Shown: positions 30,535 to 40,137 of the stretch, piece after piece
Layout of the letters: the number at the start of each line of letters is the position of its first letter
Numbering within the stretch: the first letter of the stretch is position 1
Assembly: GCA_963730935.1 (NCBI GenBank)
Contig: CAVSTP010000004.1
Span: forward strand, 800,001 to 864,000
Source: an uncultured Nitrospiraceae bacterium
GTDB taxonomy: Bacteria; Nitrospirota; Nitrospiria; Nitrospirales; Nitrospiraceae
DNA: 64,000 nucleotides
Direction of reading: 5' to 3'
The notes under the pieces: generated by a model
Database searches by the model: none
Told to the model about the DNA's origin: nothing
Seen by the model: the letters and a program-made list of their open reading frames with translations, nothing else
Position numbers and translations under genes: made by a program

Positions 30535-31068
30535 ATGATTAATCGACGCTTAAAAGTGCTCGCTTCGATCGGTCTGGCTGTGGGAGGCGTCCTCGGCATG
30601 GCGGGGACGTTCGCCCCGTCTGCGGCTCTCCGCGGTCTCGCGTGGGGAATCGACGGTGCTGCTCTCGTGATGGCCGGCGCGATTCTGACCGTCGTGTTCT
30701 ACAGAACGGGACAGGACCTCGTGGCAGCAGGTTTTCTGGTCTTCGCCATTGGAGAAGGCATCATTCTGTCGGGCGCCGCGATGGATCTCGAGACCAGCAT
30801 TCCGTCATTTGGAGCCGGAAGCGTTCTCTGGGCGATGGCCCTTGCGCTCATCAGTCTTCCGCCTGTCTTTCCTTTTCTCGTACGAACACTGGGGCTGATC
30901 GCGGCGAGCATGTTCGCATCGACAGCGCTACAAATCTTCTCCGGCGAGCATCTCACACCCGTCTCGTCCCCCTTGCCCTTTTTCGCGTATCCCTTCTTCA
31001 TTGCCACATTCGTCGGCTGGATCTGGACGCTCTTCAACATTCCTGGCCCGCTGCCCCCAGAGGGATGA
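30535..31068 (+). CDS. Integral membrane hypothetical protein
   Basis: About 6 hydrophobic segments. Confidence 0.75.
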   Translation: MINRRLKVLASIGLAVGGVLGMAGTFAPSAALRGLAWGIDGAALVMAGAILTVVFYRTGQDLVAAGFLVFAIGEGIILSGAAMDLETSIPSFGAGSVLWAMALALISLPPVFPFLVRTLGLIAASMFASTALQIFSGEHLTPVSSPLPFFAYPFFIATFVGWIWTLFNIPGPLPPEG

Positions 31069-31070
31069 TG

Positions 31071-31183
31071 TTGCGAGGCGTGACGGACAGGCTCGTTTCG
31101 TGCTTCCCCGCTCTCTCACCTTCGTCACACCTCACACCGCGATAGACCCCGCCCACGTGAAAAACGTAGAATGCCCTGGTTTC
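31071..31183 (+). repeat. Long array repeat copy
   Basis: Core, middle module and GTAGAATGCC. Confidence 0.85.
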
Positions 31184-31397
31184 CGAAGGCAGGACTCGTA
31201 CAGGTGTGAAAAGTTACTGGAGCGCTTAGCTTTTGTGGTTAAAACAATTCGTCTTGATTATGAGAAAGGTACCGAATCCTTTCCCGTAACCCTATCTCTC
31301 AGATTAGGGATTACCTATTGCCATGGATCAGAACCATCCATGATGATTGGTATGCGATTGAACGTTCTTGAACCAGATGCCTTCCGCCGAGGTCGCC

Positions 31398-32801
31398 ATG
31401 TATGGAGACGAGGCTCTTCTGTCGATCAAGACTCGAAATCACAACTGGTCGATCGCGGGTGTTCTTGGCCTACTCATCATCGCCGCTCTCGCCAGTATTC
31501 CTCTCACACTAACTGTCCTCCATAATCGAGAATCTGATGCGCTGGTCATCGATATGGCCGGGCGTCAGCGCATGTTGCTGGAACGGTACATGAAGGAGTT
31601 GCTGTTGGCCGGCCAAGGTGTCGCGACGCACCATCAGGACACGCGGGCTCTGCTCGAGCAACGTCTTCGTGTCCTGGTGGACGGAGGTTCTACCAGTACT
31701 CAGTTTGGACCGCCCGGCATCGTGTCACTTCCCGCAGCTCCGACGGCAGAAATCCGTTCGAAACTGCTTGACCAAGAACGCCTCTTGGCGAAATTCACGA
31801 ACCTTGCCGAAGCCTTTCTCGCGCAACCGATCGCGACGCGCGAGAGCATCCGCAACGAACTCCTCGAGGACAATATCGCCTTGCTCACCACGGCCAATGA
31901 CGCCGTGGCGCTTTTGACGCAGCAGTCTGAAGCGCGCCTTCAACAGCTGATCCGGTGGGAGGTCGTGGTGGTCCTCCTGGTCGTGACTCTCGCCAGTTTA
32001 GGGACTTGGCGCTTCCTCAAAACCGAACAGGCGCTGAAGGTCAGCCAAGCGAAAACACTGGAGGCCCTGCGGCAAAGCGATGCGGTCAAATCATCATTGT
32101 TGTCCTCGGTCTCCCATGAGCTCCGGACGCCGCTGACGTCGATCAAATCGATGCTGTTTAGCTTGCACCATGATGGGCCGCTGAGTCGAGTGAGTGCAGA
32201 TATCGTAGCCAGCATCGAGGAGCAAGTCGATTATTTAAACCGACTTGTGGGCAACCTGTTGGACATGTCTCGTCTGGACTCCGGCACGTTACAACCGCAT
32301 CGTGAATGGAACATCTTGGAGGACTTGGTCGAAGGAGCGATCCGTCGCCTCGGCGTCTTTATCAAAGACCGGCCCATCGACGTACAGCTTGCGCCGGATC
32401 TTCCACCCATTTCAGTGGACGCGGTGCAAGTCCAGCAGGTGCTGGTCAACCTGCTGGAGAATGCTGTGAAATTTTCCCCTCCCGGCTCATCTATCCGGCT
32501 GGCCGCATCAGTCAGGGACCGAGAGCTGGAAGTGTCGGTGACAAATACCGGCGAGGGGATTCCTCCCGATGAACTCGAGAAAATCTTTGAGCGCTTCTAT
32601 CGATTAGTGCCGAGACAGTCTTCGAGGCCGCCAGGAACCGGCCTTGGACTGGCTATTTGCAAAGGCATTATCGAAGCTCATGGCGGTCGGATCAGCGCTC
32701 GATCAATCGGTGGCGAGACGATCTTTCTGTTCCGGCTACCTTTCACGAGTCCGATGAGCCAACACAGCATTTCCCTGCTACCGCTGGAGGGGGCGTCATG
32801 A
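31398..32801 (+). CDS. Sensor histidine kinase with NarX/PilJ-type periplasmic domain and KdpD-like kinase core
   Basis: IDMAGRQRML (P-box-like), VSHELRTPL, NLLENAVK, GTGLGLAIC. Confidence 0.85.
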   Translation: MYGDEALLSIKTRNHNWSIAGVLGLLIIAALASIPLTLTVLHNRESDALVIDMAGRQRMLLERYMKELLLAGQGVATHHQDTRALLEQRLRVLVDGGSTSTQFGPPGIVSLPAAPTAEIRSKLLDQERLLAKFTNLAEAFLAQPIATRESIRNELLEDNIALLTTANDAVALLTQQSEARLQQLIRWEVVVVLLVVTLASLGTWRFLKTEQALKVSQAKTLEALRQSDAVKSSLLSSVSHELRTPLTSIKSMLFSLHHDGPLSRVSADIVASIEEQVDYLNRLVGNLLDMSRLDSGTLQPHREWNILEDLVEGAIRRLGVFIKDRPIDVQLAPDLPPISVDAVQVQQVLVNLLENAVKFSPPGSSIRLAASVRDRELEVSVTNTGEGIPPDELEKIFERFYRLVPRQSSRPPGTGLGLAICKGIIEAHGGRISARSIGGETIFLFRLPFTSPMSQHSISLLPLEGAS

Positions 32802-33496
32802 CCACCGGCGCGCGCATTCTCGTCATCGATGACGAAGCACCAATTCGCAGGTGGCTCAAAGTGAATCTTGAAACTCGAGGATATACGGTCGATACGGCAG
32901 AGACAGGTGAACAGGGGATCAAGGCATTAGAAAACCGGCGGCCAGACCTTCTCATCCTCGATCTGCTGATGCCAGGCATGGGTGGCATCGACGTGGTACG
33001 AAAGCTCCGTAGCGTTTCAACCATCCCTATCATCGTGTTATCAGCCATTGGAGAAGAAGCACAGAAGGTTCAGGCGCTTGAGCTCGGCGCCGACGATTAC
33101 ATGACGAAGCCCTTCGGGATGGAGGAGCTTTTCGCGCGCATACGATCGTTGTTGCGGCGGGCCGCTGGCGCCACGAGCGCCGCTCCGGTCTTCGTCGCAG
33201 GCGACCTGTCGGTGGACTTCGACCGACGGGAAGTGAGGCTCGATGGCCAACCGATCAAATTGACGCCCACCGAATATGACTTATTGAAATACATGATTGA
33301 ACATGCCGGGAAAGTGCTCACGCACCGAATGCTGCTTCAGGAAGTCTGGGGCCAAGCCTACATCGATCAGGCTCAATACCTGCGTGTGTTCGTCGGCCAG
33401 CTTAGAAAAAAAATCGAAAAACATCCTGGCCGACCGCGGTTCATCCTCACCGACCCCGGCGTCGGATACCGCTTCTGCTCAGACACGGACGATTGA
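32798..33496 (+). CDS. KdpE-like OmpR-family response regulator
   Basis: GADDYMTKPF, GKVLTHR.LLQEVWG, YLRVFVGQLRKK, TDPGVGY; ATGA-coupled to the kinase. Confidence 0.9.
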   Translation: MTTGARILVIDDEAPIRRWLKVNLETRGYTVDTAETGEQGIKALENRRPDLLILDLLMPGMGGIDVVRKLRSVSTIPIIVLSAIGEEAQKVQALELGADDYMTKPFGMEELFARIRSLLRRAAGATSAAPVFVAGDLSVDFDRREVRLDGQPIKLTPTEYDLLKYMIEHAGKVLTHRMLLQEVWGQAYIDQAQYLRVFVGQLRKKIEKHPGRPRFILTDPGVGYRFCSDTDD

Positions 33497-33521
33497 GTCC
33501 AAGCATCCTGTCCTTCCGAAT

Positions 33522-33572
33522 CTTTACGCCTTCTTTATGAGCGCCCCTCCATCTCCGTATCGAGTCCTTATG
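33522..33572 (+). promoter_or_regulatory. Phased direct repeats, putative KdpE/OmpR-type binding site
   Basis: CTTTACG (33522), CTTTATG (33533), CCGTATC (33555), CCTTATG (33566), in 11-bp phase. Confidence 0.55.
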
Positions 33573-33644
33573 TCACGAGAGTGTAGCGTGTAGTCTCGTC
33601 AAGAGCGACGCAAGCTCTGTAAGGAGACCACTGGGGTCCGACCT

Positions 33645-34049
33645 GTGACAAATCTAATCCCGCGCATGCTCTCCATTTGGGCCATCTTTCTCGTATCCGG
33701 AACAGCGCCGTCACCAGGGGCCGTGGCCTTGGACCCTGTCATCGACATCGCGTTTCAATCGAGCGCGCCGTACTACGAGCCACCTGTGGCTGTCGTGCCA
33801 ATGGACACGCCGATTCGCTGGGTCAATGCCACGGCATCTCCCCATAGTGTTCGACACGACGCATGTATCGACGAGGAGCCATGCCCGTTTCAATCTATCG
33901 CCATCCCTCCCGATAGTAACTTCGTCGTCGCCCCCTTGCCTCCCGGTCGCTATGCCTATCACTGCGAGCTGCACCCCATCATGCGAGGCTCTCTGCTAGT
34001 CATCGACCCCTCCTCGACGCATAAGAACGATGAGAAGGGCACCCCATGA
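33645..34049 (+). CDS. Cupredoxin (plastocyanin/azurin-like) protein
   Basis: PHSV...YHCELHPIM type-1 copper ligands. Confidence 0.8.
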   Translation: MTNLIPRMLSIWAIFLVSGTAPSPGAVALDPVIDIAFQSSAPYYEPPVAVVPMDTPIRWVNATASPHSVRHDACIDEEPCPFQSIAIPPDSNFVVAPLPPGRYAYHCELHPIMRGSLLVIDPSSTHKNDEKGTP

Positions 34050-34107
34050 CCCGCCCAGGACCGGCTGGGCTATTGGCTGAAAACGACGGTGCCTTGGGGC
34101 GCGGCTA

Positions 34108-34509
34108 ATGTCTCGGATCCTCATTGTTGATGACGAACCGCATATCTGCGAAGCCTTACAGGACTCCCTGCAGGCCGACGGGTATGACGTGCTTGTCGCC
34201 CACGATGGTCAAGCAGCTATTGGGCTCATTGCTTTGGAAGCCCAGCGAGGCCCCATCACGGGTGCGATTTTGGACATGGAAATGCCGATCGTTCACGGCA
34301 TCGAGGTGCTTCGGCGGCTCCGAAAGCAGTATCCGGATCTTCCCATCTTGATGGTCTCGGCCAATCACGACAGGAAGATGTACGACGAGGCTATGCGCAG
34401 CGGCGCCAATGGATACTTACCCAAGCCGTTTAGTCGAAAGCATTTGGTCCATCTATGCAGCAAACTCTTTCGAGGTGGACCTCCTATTGATCCCAAGCCG
34501 GACTCATGA
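34108..34509 (+). CDS. Single-domain response regulator
   Basis: IVDDE, LDMEMP, YLPKPF. Confidence 0.85.
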   Translation: MSRILIVDDEPHICEALQDSLQADGYDVLVAHDGQAAIGLIALEAQRGPITGAILDMEMPIVHGIEVLRRLRKQYPDLPILMVSANHDRKMYDEAMRSGANGYLPKPFSRKHLVHLCSKLFRGGPPIDPKPDS

Positions 34510-34555
34510 CGCCGTTGCTGGGCTTCGTTTGACTAGTGGGGAGAGAGCGAGAGCG

Positions 34556-34780
34556 ATGCACAAACAGAGCTCTCGGGTTGCTACTGACGATCAGATCCTT
34601 TCTGTTTGCTGTGTCTGTGGTCTCATCAGAGATGAGATGGATTCGCTCCCCGATGAGCGCTGGGTGACAATGCAAATCTTTCGACAAACTCATGGTCTAG
34701 ATTCAGCCGCTTACCGCCTCACTCACACGTACTGCCCTGCGTGTTATACCTTGTTCATGAATCGAATTGCTGCCACTTAG
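34556..34780 (+). CDS. Small Cys-motif hypothetical protein
   Basis: CCVC...THTYCPAC. Confidence 0.65.
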   Translation: MHKQSSRVATDDQILSVCCVCGLIRDEMDSLPDERWVTMQIFRQTHGLDSAAYRLTHTYCPACYTLFMNRIAAT

Positions 34781-35510
34781 CAGGACTGTCTCGTTTTGTT
34801 CTCGCCAGTATGGGATTCGCCGATTTGGCTTTGCCGCTCTTCCAGACACTTCGACGAGACTCTGAGGTTTCCGTTCTGTGGCCGTGATCATCTGGGGTCT
34901 CGCCACATTCATGCTGAATTGAATTAGTATGAGAGTATTCTGTCCGATCTGGTATCTGGAAGTTATTGAAAGTATGTCATTAACCTTCTGAGTTTTATAC
35001 GGCGGTCGAAAGACAACGCTCCTGATGACTTCTCAGCGGCGGCGTAAGGGAGCTGTGAATAGTGCATTTGGCCTCCCCCATTTTAGGCAGCTCCTTGAAT
35101 TCCTTACTTCACGCGTCCTCGTCTGCTACCACGCTGCTACCAGGACAGGACAAATCAGCCCCATCTGCACCCACTTTGGAAGCATCTTCGTTGTGGTTTC
35201 TGATGGGTAGGTTGTCTGAGGCTGGACTTGCGGAAATTCGTAAACCGCAGATCCCTCATACTGTCTTGGTGCCAAGCCGGTGCCAAAACAGGAAGACACA
35301 CCATGACCCAGGATGATCTGTACTATCACGAATCTTCCACTTTCGCTGACGATTCCTCTTCCTGAATACCCGATCCTCCACGGGGTCTCCCCCTCTGCTG
35401 CGATGTCGATTTTGGTCATTGCGGACGACTATAAGTAAGGAGCAGCGTTTCATAAGCGTTCATCCTTCTGAAGAGTCCTGATTCTACTTTATAGAAAGGA
35501 GAAATTGGTC

Positions 35511-36185
35511 ATGAGAAAAGTGATTGTCAGCGCGATGGTTTCAATGGACGGCGTGATGCAGGCCCCCGGCGGACCGGAAGAAGATCCCACCGACGGTTTC
35601 AAGTTCGGCGGCTGGACCGCTTCACTGGGGGACGACCCGGTTTTCGGTGAAGAACTCGACAAGTTGTTCGGCGGGCCGTTCGACCTGCTGCTCGGGCGGC
35701 GCACCTACGATATCTTCGCCGCGTACTGGCCCTATGCCGAAGGCGGGCCGTCCGACGACATCGCCAAGACCTTCAACCGGATCACCAAGTACGTTGCAAC
35801 GCGCAAAGGCGTGGACCTGACCTGGAAAGGCTCAGTGGCGCTGCGCGACGCAACCAAGGATGTCGCGAAGCTGAAACAGGAAGACGGCCCCATCCTCCTC
35901 ACGCAAGGCAGCACGAAGCTGGTGCATGCTTTGCACGCCGCCGGCCTCGTTGACGAAATCCGCATGTTCACCTTCCCCCTGTTGCTAGGCAAGGGCAAAC
36001 GGCTGTTCAGCGGTGATAGCCAGCCGCGCGCGTTCAAACTGACGCACAGCGCCGTCTCGCCGAACGGGCTCATCGCCGCAACTTACGTGCGCGATAGCGA
36101 GGTGAAGACAGCCACCGTCGGCGGCGCGTTCGAGCCCTCCACCGCCGAGCTGGCGCGCCGCGAGAAGCTGAAGCGTGAAGATTAG
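35511..36185 (+). CDS. Dihydrofolate reductase-like (RibD C-terminal) protein
   Basis: SMDGVMQAPGG, LLGRRTY, LGKGKRLF. Confidence 0.9.
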   Translation: MRKVIVSAMVSMDGVMQAPGGPEEDPTDGFKFGGWTASLGDDPVFGEELDKLFGGPFDLLLGRRTYDIFAAYWPYAEGGPSDDIAKTFNRITKYVATRKGVDLTWKGSVALRDATKDVAKLKQEDGPILLTQGSTKLVHALHAAGLVDEIRMFTFPLLLGKGKRLFSGDSQPRAFKLTHSAVSPNGLIAATYVRDSEVKTATVGGAFEPSTAELARREKLKRED

Positions 36186-36312
36186 GGCGTGAGGCTCGAA
36201 ATGCGGTAGCGCATGTCCGTAGTAGAAAAGTGGACATTCTAATTTTTAGAAACATACTCATCAAACAACCATCTCGCGGCAGCGGGCCGGCTCCTTGCCT
36301 TCCGCAATGCAG

Positions 36313-36945
36313 TCAAAGTGCTTGCCGAGAGGCTTCCTGAGTTTCGATCACAACGCCGATCAAGCGAGCATCTCCGGGCATGTCATCAAGCACTACGCTG
36401 CTATTCGCGTCACGACTGACTCTGATATGCCATACGTCATTGTTCGCTGCAGGCGCTGGCTCGGTCACGTTGATGACGAGCGCAGTATTGAGGTGCTTGG
36501 TCGATTTCTTCGCCTGATCTGAGGCGCAGTGATGGGCAGTTCGCCTGAGAGAAGCGCCACCCTCACGCTTGAGATCAGTCGCAGTAACGAGTTCTACACA
36601 CCATCCTACTGAACCGATCGTGGACGCCGCTTGCCACATGATCGTGACATTGAGCTTCCCCCTAAATTGTCCAGGCAATGTGAACGGAACAATCGCGCTT
36701 TGAACCTCGTCGGCATCGAAGCTAAGTACCCCTTTCCTCACATCATTGCGTACCACGCAAGCAGGGGTTGGGGAGTTACCATCAGCAAGCGTCCATTCCG
36801 TCTTGGCGGTGGAACCGTGGCAATGCGCAGCAGAGAATGAGCTTTCCTCTTTACGAGGGCTCTTCACTTCAGCTCCCGAATCTAAGACGCTGAGCAGTGT
36901 GACTGACAGCACTATCAATCCAACGACGGACGCTAGGGGCTTCAT
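36313..36945 (-). CDS. Secreted hypothetical protein
   Basis: Signal peptide; 210-aa ORF. Confidence 0.6.
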   Translation of the reverse strand: MKPLASVVGLIVLSVTLLSVLDSGAEVKSPRKEESSFSAAHCHGSTAKTEWTLADGNSPTPACVVRNDVRKGVLSFDADEVQSAIVPFTLPGQFRGKLNVTIMWQAASTIGSVGWCVELVTATDLKREGGASLRRTAHHCASDQAKKSTKHLNTALVINVTEPAPAANNDVWHIRVSRDANSSVVLDDMPGDARLIGVVIETQEASRQAL

Positions 36946-37051
36946 GACAAGCTTCCCTCTTCGTCGAGGCAACGACCGGAAGTCTACGCTCAACGCAATC
37001 CCAGAGCAACCATTGCAGTCTTGAGGAAAGGAAAGAGGACATTCTCCTCCC

Positions 37052-37410
37052 TCAGCTTGTCGTTAGCTCCTTGAAGATCCGCTCCGCTTCCGGTTTATAT
37101 TTTCGCTCCCACGTATATCGGTAATGGGGATACTCGGCATGAACCACAGCTTCCACTTGCTTTCTTGCATCCTCGATTCTCCCCTGCTTCCTGTAGAGCT
37201 TGGCAAGAAGGATCCTTGCGTTAGCGTAATTCCCGTCGGCCGCAATAGCCCGTTCGAAATACTCTTGAGCTTTCTTTTCACTGCCGCCCAGGAACCGAGG
37301 GAGCTCCAGCAACATCCCACCCATCATCTGTAGGGATTGCGCATGCTTGGGGTTGATTTCGATCGCGCGCGTTACACAGCTCTCAGCTCATTGATCACGA
37401 GCGAAAGATA
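37052..37410 (-). pseudogene. 5'-truncated TPR protein fragment
   Basis: The frame extends upstream as RAIEINPKHAQSLQMMGG, then breaks next to the repeat at 37421; TPR-like helices. Confidence 0.6.
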
Positions 37411-37420
37411 CACCGCTTAA

Positions 37421-37535
37421 CAACCATCTTGCGGCGCGTGCGGACCGGCTTGTTCCTCGCCTCCCTGCCCTCACCGCTCATCGCACCTCACACCGCGGTA
37501 GACCCCGCCGACGTGAAAATGTAGAATGGCCTGGC
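37421..37535 (+). repeat. Last full-length repeat copy
   Basis: Core, middle module and GTAGAATGGCC. Confidence 0.9.
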
Positions 37536-37559
37536 GTTTTTTTGCAGGGCCATCCCCTC

Positions 37560-37883
37560 ATGAACGAACTATTCGAACGCTATCCGTTTCTTCGCGTGCT
37601 TTCAAAGTGCACGCACCTTGACTATTCCTCCTTGATGGTGCCACAAGGTCCACTGTCCGCATCACTGGGACAATTCGACAGCATTCATCGCTGTCATTCC
37701 ATTGTGTATCAGACCTGTAAGGATGCTCGCATCCCGCTTCGCGCGCAGTTGTGCCGCTACCTTCAACCTGCGTTCCTGAAGGCGGAGGCTGTACAGGCGC
37801 TCCAAGACCTCGAATCGTCGTTGCCCGACGACACAGCCATTGTCGCGTACGCAGCACCACTGCAAATCAGAGTAAAGACCTAG
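37560..37883 (+). CDS. Hypothetical protein
   Basis: ORF filling the cassette between two repeats. Confidence 0.45.
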   Translation: MNELFERYPFLRVLSKCTHLDYSSLMVPQGPLSASLGQFDSIHRCHSIVYQTCKDARIPLRAQLCRYLQPAFLKAEAVQALQDLESSLPDDTAIVAYAAPLQIRVKT

Positions 37884-38026
37884 AGGGTGGGGATGTCGAC
37901 TAGGCGGCGCGTGGCGGGCTCCTTTCCTCTCCTCTTCATTCCTCTCACCTGCATAGATCAAACCTCTGAGAAGAAGTAGAATACACTCCCTTTCTGCCTC
38001 GCAACGGATCATTCACGGAGGGCACC

Positions 38027-38281
38027 ATGCTGGACTGCGTGACGTGCAAGTGGATTAAATGGAGTGCGAGCATCCCCGTTGTCTTGCTCTTCGGTGCCGC
38101 TGGCTTCCTAGTCCTCGCGCAGGTCGCTGTGGCTCAGGATAATGCGCCCGCTGTTCTCCTCGACCTCTACCTGGCGACCTGGTCGTATATTTTGGCCGTC
38201 GCCGGCGTAGCACTTCTCACAGGCTGGTGGCTGTGGAAATCGATCCACATGCGGACTGCACATGCGCTTCGGCCATGTTGA
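38027..38281 (+). CDS. Small membrane hypothetical protein
   Basis: Two TM segments; GGAGG RBS. Confidence 0.6.
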   Translation: MLDCVTCKWIKWSASIPVVLLFGAAGFLVLAQVAVAQDNAPAVLLDLYLATWSYILAVAGVALLTGWWLWKSIHMRTAHALRPC

Positions 38282-38326
38282 AGGAATAAGAAAAGGTGTC
38301 AGGAACCGTTCCGGCGCGTGCCGGGC

Positions 38327-38452
38327 CCCGTTTCCTCGATTTAGAACGTGGTAGGCGTGTCCACCGACATGTCCTCGCGGGATCCGGGGCATGGCCGCGC
38401 ACAGTACGCGAACCAGCATTTTCGGTGCAAGAAAAAGTAGCCTGTCCCCTTT
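38327..38452 (-). pseudogene. 5' fragment of a RAYT paralogue with leader and end motif
   Basis: MPRIPRGHVGGHAYHVLNRGNG, 19/22 identical to the intact RAYT; leader matches 10113-10173. Confidence 0.9.
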
Positions 38453-38457
38453 AAAAA

Positions 38458-38703
38458 CTATTGCTCATAATTCTCGACGACCTGCGGCGGGCGAACTTGT
38501 GCGTCGTCAGGGTCGAGCCCGACATCGCGAAGGGCACGTCGCTGGCGCAAGAGGTCCCAGCACTGATCCAGTTCGACTTGGACTTGCGCGAGCCGCTTAA
38601 GATCGGCTTTGGGAAGTTTCCCTTGCTGGTACAATCGCTGTTCCTCTGCGACAAGGCGCTGAATATAATTGAGGACCGGCTGATCCCTGACTCGATTCTC
38701 CAC
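38458..38703 (-). CDS. DUF2630 family protein
   Basis: LDQCWDLLRQRRA...VVENYEQ. Confidence 0.85.
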   Translation of the reverse strand: MENRVRDQPVLNYIQRLVAEEQRLYQQGKLPKADLKRLAQVQVELDQCWDLLRQRRALRDVGLDPDDAQVRPPQVVENYEQ

Positions 38704-38927
38704 GAGAGCCTCCTCTCACGCGGATATGATCGAAACGGCACGATTTTATGTTACGCCCCACCGAAATTGGGGTCAACCGAAGCTGACCAACATGATGTTC
38801 CCAGTGAACAGAAAGACGGGGCCATCTGCATTTCGCGGCGCGTGGTACTCAGATGCACTCGGCCTATCCCAGCCGGGGTTTGCGGGATTTCAAAACTTTG
38901 GCTAGAGTAGCTAGGATGAGTAGGAGT

Positions 38928-39218
38928 ATGGCGTCTTTTTCACTCGTGAAAACTATCGCAGTGCTTTTTGCCCTGTTCACCCTGACGTCATGCATCGATG
39001 CCCCCCGGACAGAATTCATGGGACCGAACGGCAAAATGGTCTATGCCATCTCATGTCAGACAATGGATGATTGCGCGACAGAGGCGCGGGAATTTTGCCC
39101 AAGTGGACACAACATCGTTCCCGCTGCGTCTGGAGCAGGTGACACGACGGCGAGAGGTGGAATTGGCGGCACGCCTGAAAGAAGGCTACTAATCGAGTGT
39201 AAAGCACCATCGCCCTAA
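38928..39218 (+). CDS. Hypothetical lipoprotein
   Basis: LTSC lipobox; GPNGK...C...C...CP.G. Confidence 0.7.
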   Translation: MASFSLVKTIAVLFALFTLTSCIDAPRTEFMGPNGKMVYAISCQTMDDCATEAREFCPSGHNIVPAASGAGDTTARGGIGGTPERRLLIECKAPSP

Positions 39219-39487
39219 GTCGCTCTCTTCTTTTTTGGACTTGTGGGGATAAGAAAAGGAGACAGGCAGCATTCTGAATCTCGCGGCGCGTGGCGGGCTA
39301 GCGACTCCTCGCCTCCCCCACTCCGCTCACGCCAACCCGATGGATACAACACCTAATATGCACCACATCCCAACGAGACAACTGCTGACTGTTGCATTGA
39401 CAGGGTCGAGTAAACTCAGTAGCCTTCCCTAGCCTGGATCCACAGACGCGCTTCATCGGCATTCTACCTCTTCCAAAGGAGGCTTCG

Positions 39488-39871
39488 ATGGCCACGTTCA
39501 TGCGTCCCTATGCCGCTCAGTCGTACGCGCTCCTGCGAATCGTGACCGGCTTTCTTTTTCTCTGGCACGGGACCCAAAAACTATTGAGTATCCCCACACC
39601 TCCGCCGCCTCAAATCCCATCGTTCGTCATTGCGATTGCAGGTCCGATTGAACTCATCGGCGGCACGTTGGTAATGCTCGGGCTGTTTACAGGATGGGCG
39701 GCGTTTCTCTGCAGCGGGCTCATGGCGTTCGCGTATTGGATGGCCCACGGCACAAACGCCCCTCTACCCATTCAGAATATGGGCGAGTTAGCTGCACTGT
39801 ACTGCTTCGTATTCTTGTATATCTCTACTCAAGGCTCAGGCATCTGGAGTGTGGACGCTGTACGAAAGTAG
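39488..39871 (+). CDS. DoxX family membrane protein
   Basis: HGTQKL, AAFLCSGLMAFAY, GELA. Confidence 0.9.
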   Translation: MATFMRPYAAQSYALLRIVTGFLFLWHGTQKLLSIPTPPPPQIPSFVIAIAGPIELIGGTLVMLGLFTGWAAFLCSGLMAFAYWMAHGTNAPLPIQNMGELAALYCFVFLYISTQGSGIWSVDAVRK

Positions 39872-40137
39872 ACCTGACAGCACCAAAATGCCTGGCTCGT
39901 GAGAGACACGCCTGCGAAATCTAGTGATAAATCATCGTGCGGATGATGGCCGGAGTTGTGTCAGGAACCGTCCTGCGGCGCGTGCCTGACCGGCTTGGTC
40001 GCGCGTACCCTCGCCTCCTCGCGTAATCCCTCCCCCGTTCAATTCTCTCAAAAAGTAGCAAGTTCCAATTCTTTTGCTATGCTTTTCTGAAGCATACGCC
40101 TGAACTGATCCGGCACGTCCAGCAGAGGTGAAAACCA

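Noticed and set aside
35396..35419. Short match to the VOC gene end (MTKIDIAA)
   Set aside because: Only about 23 nt. It may be a scar but cannot be supported alone.
897..37535. CRISPR array
   Set aside because: Repeats are long and variable, the intervals are gene-sized, and there are no cas genes.
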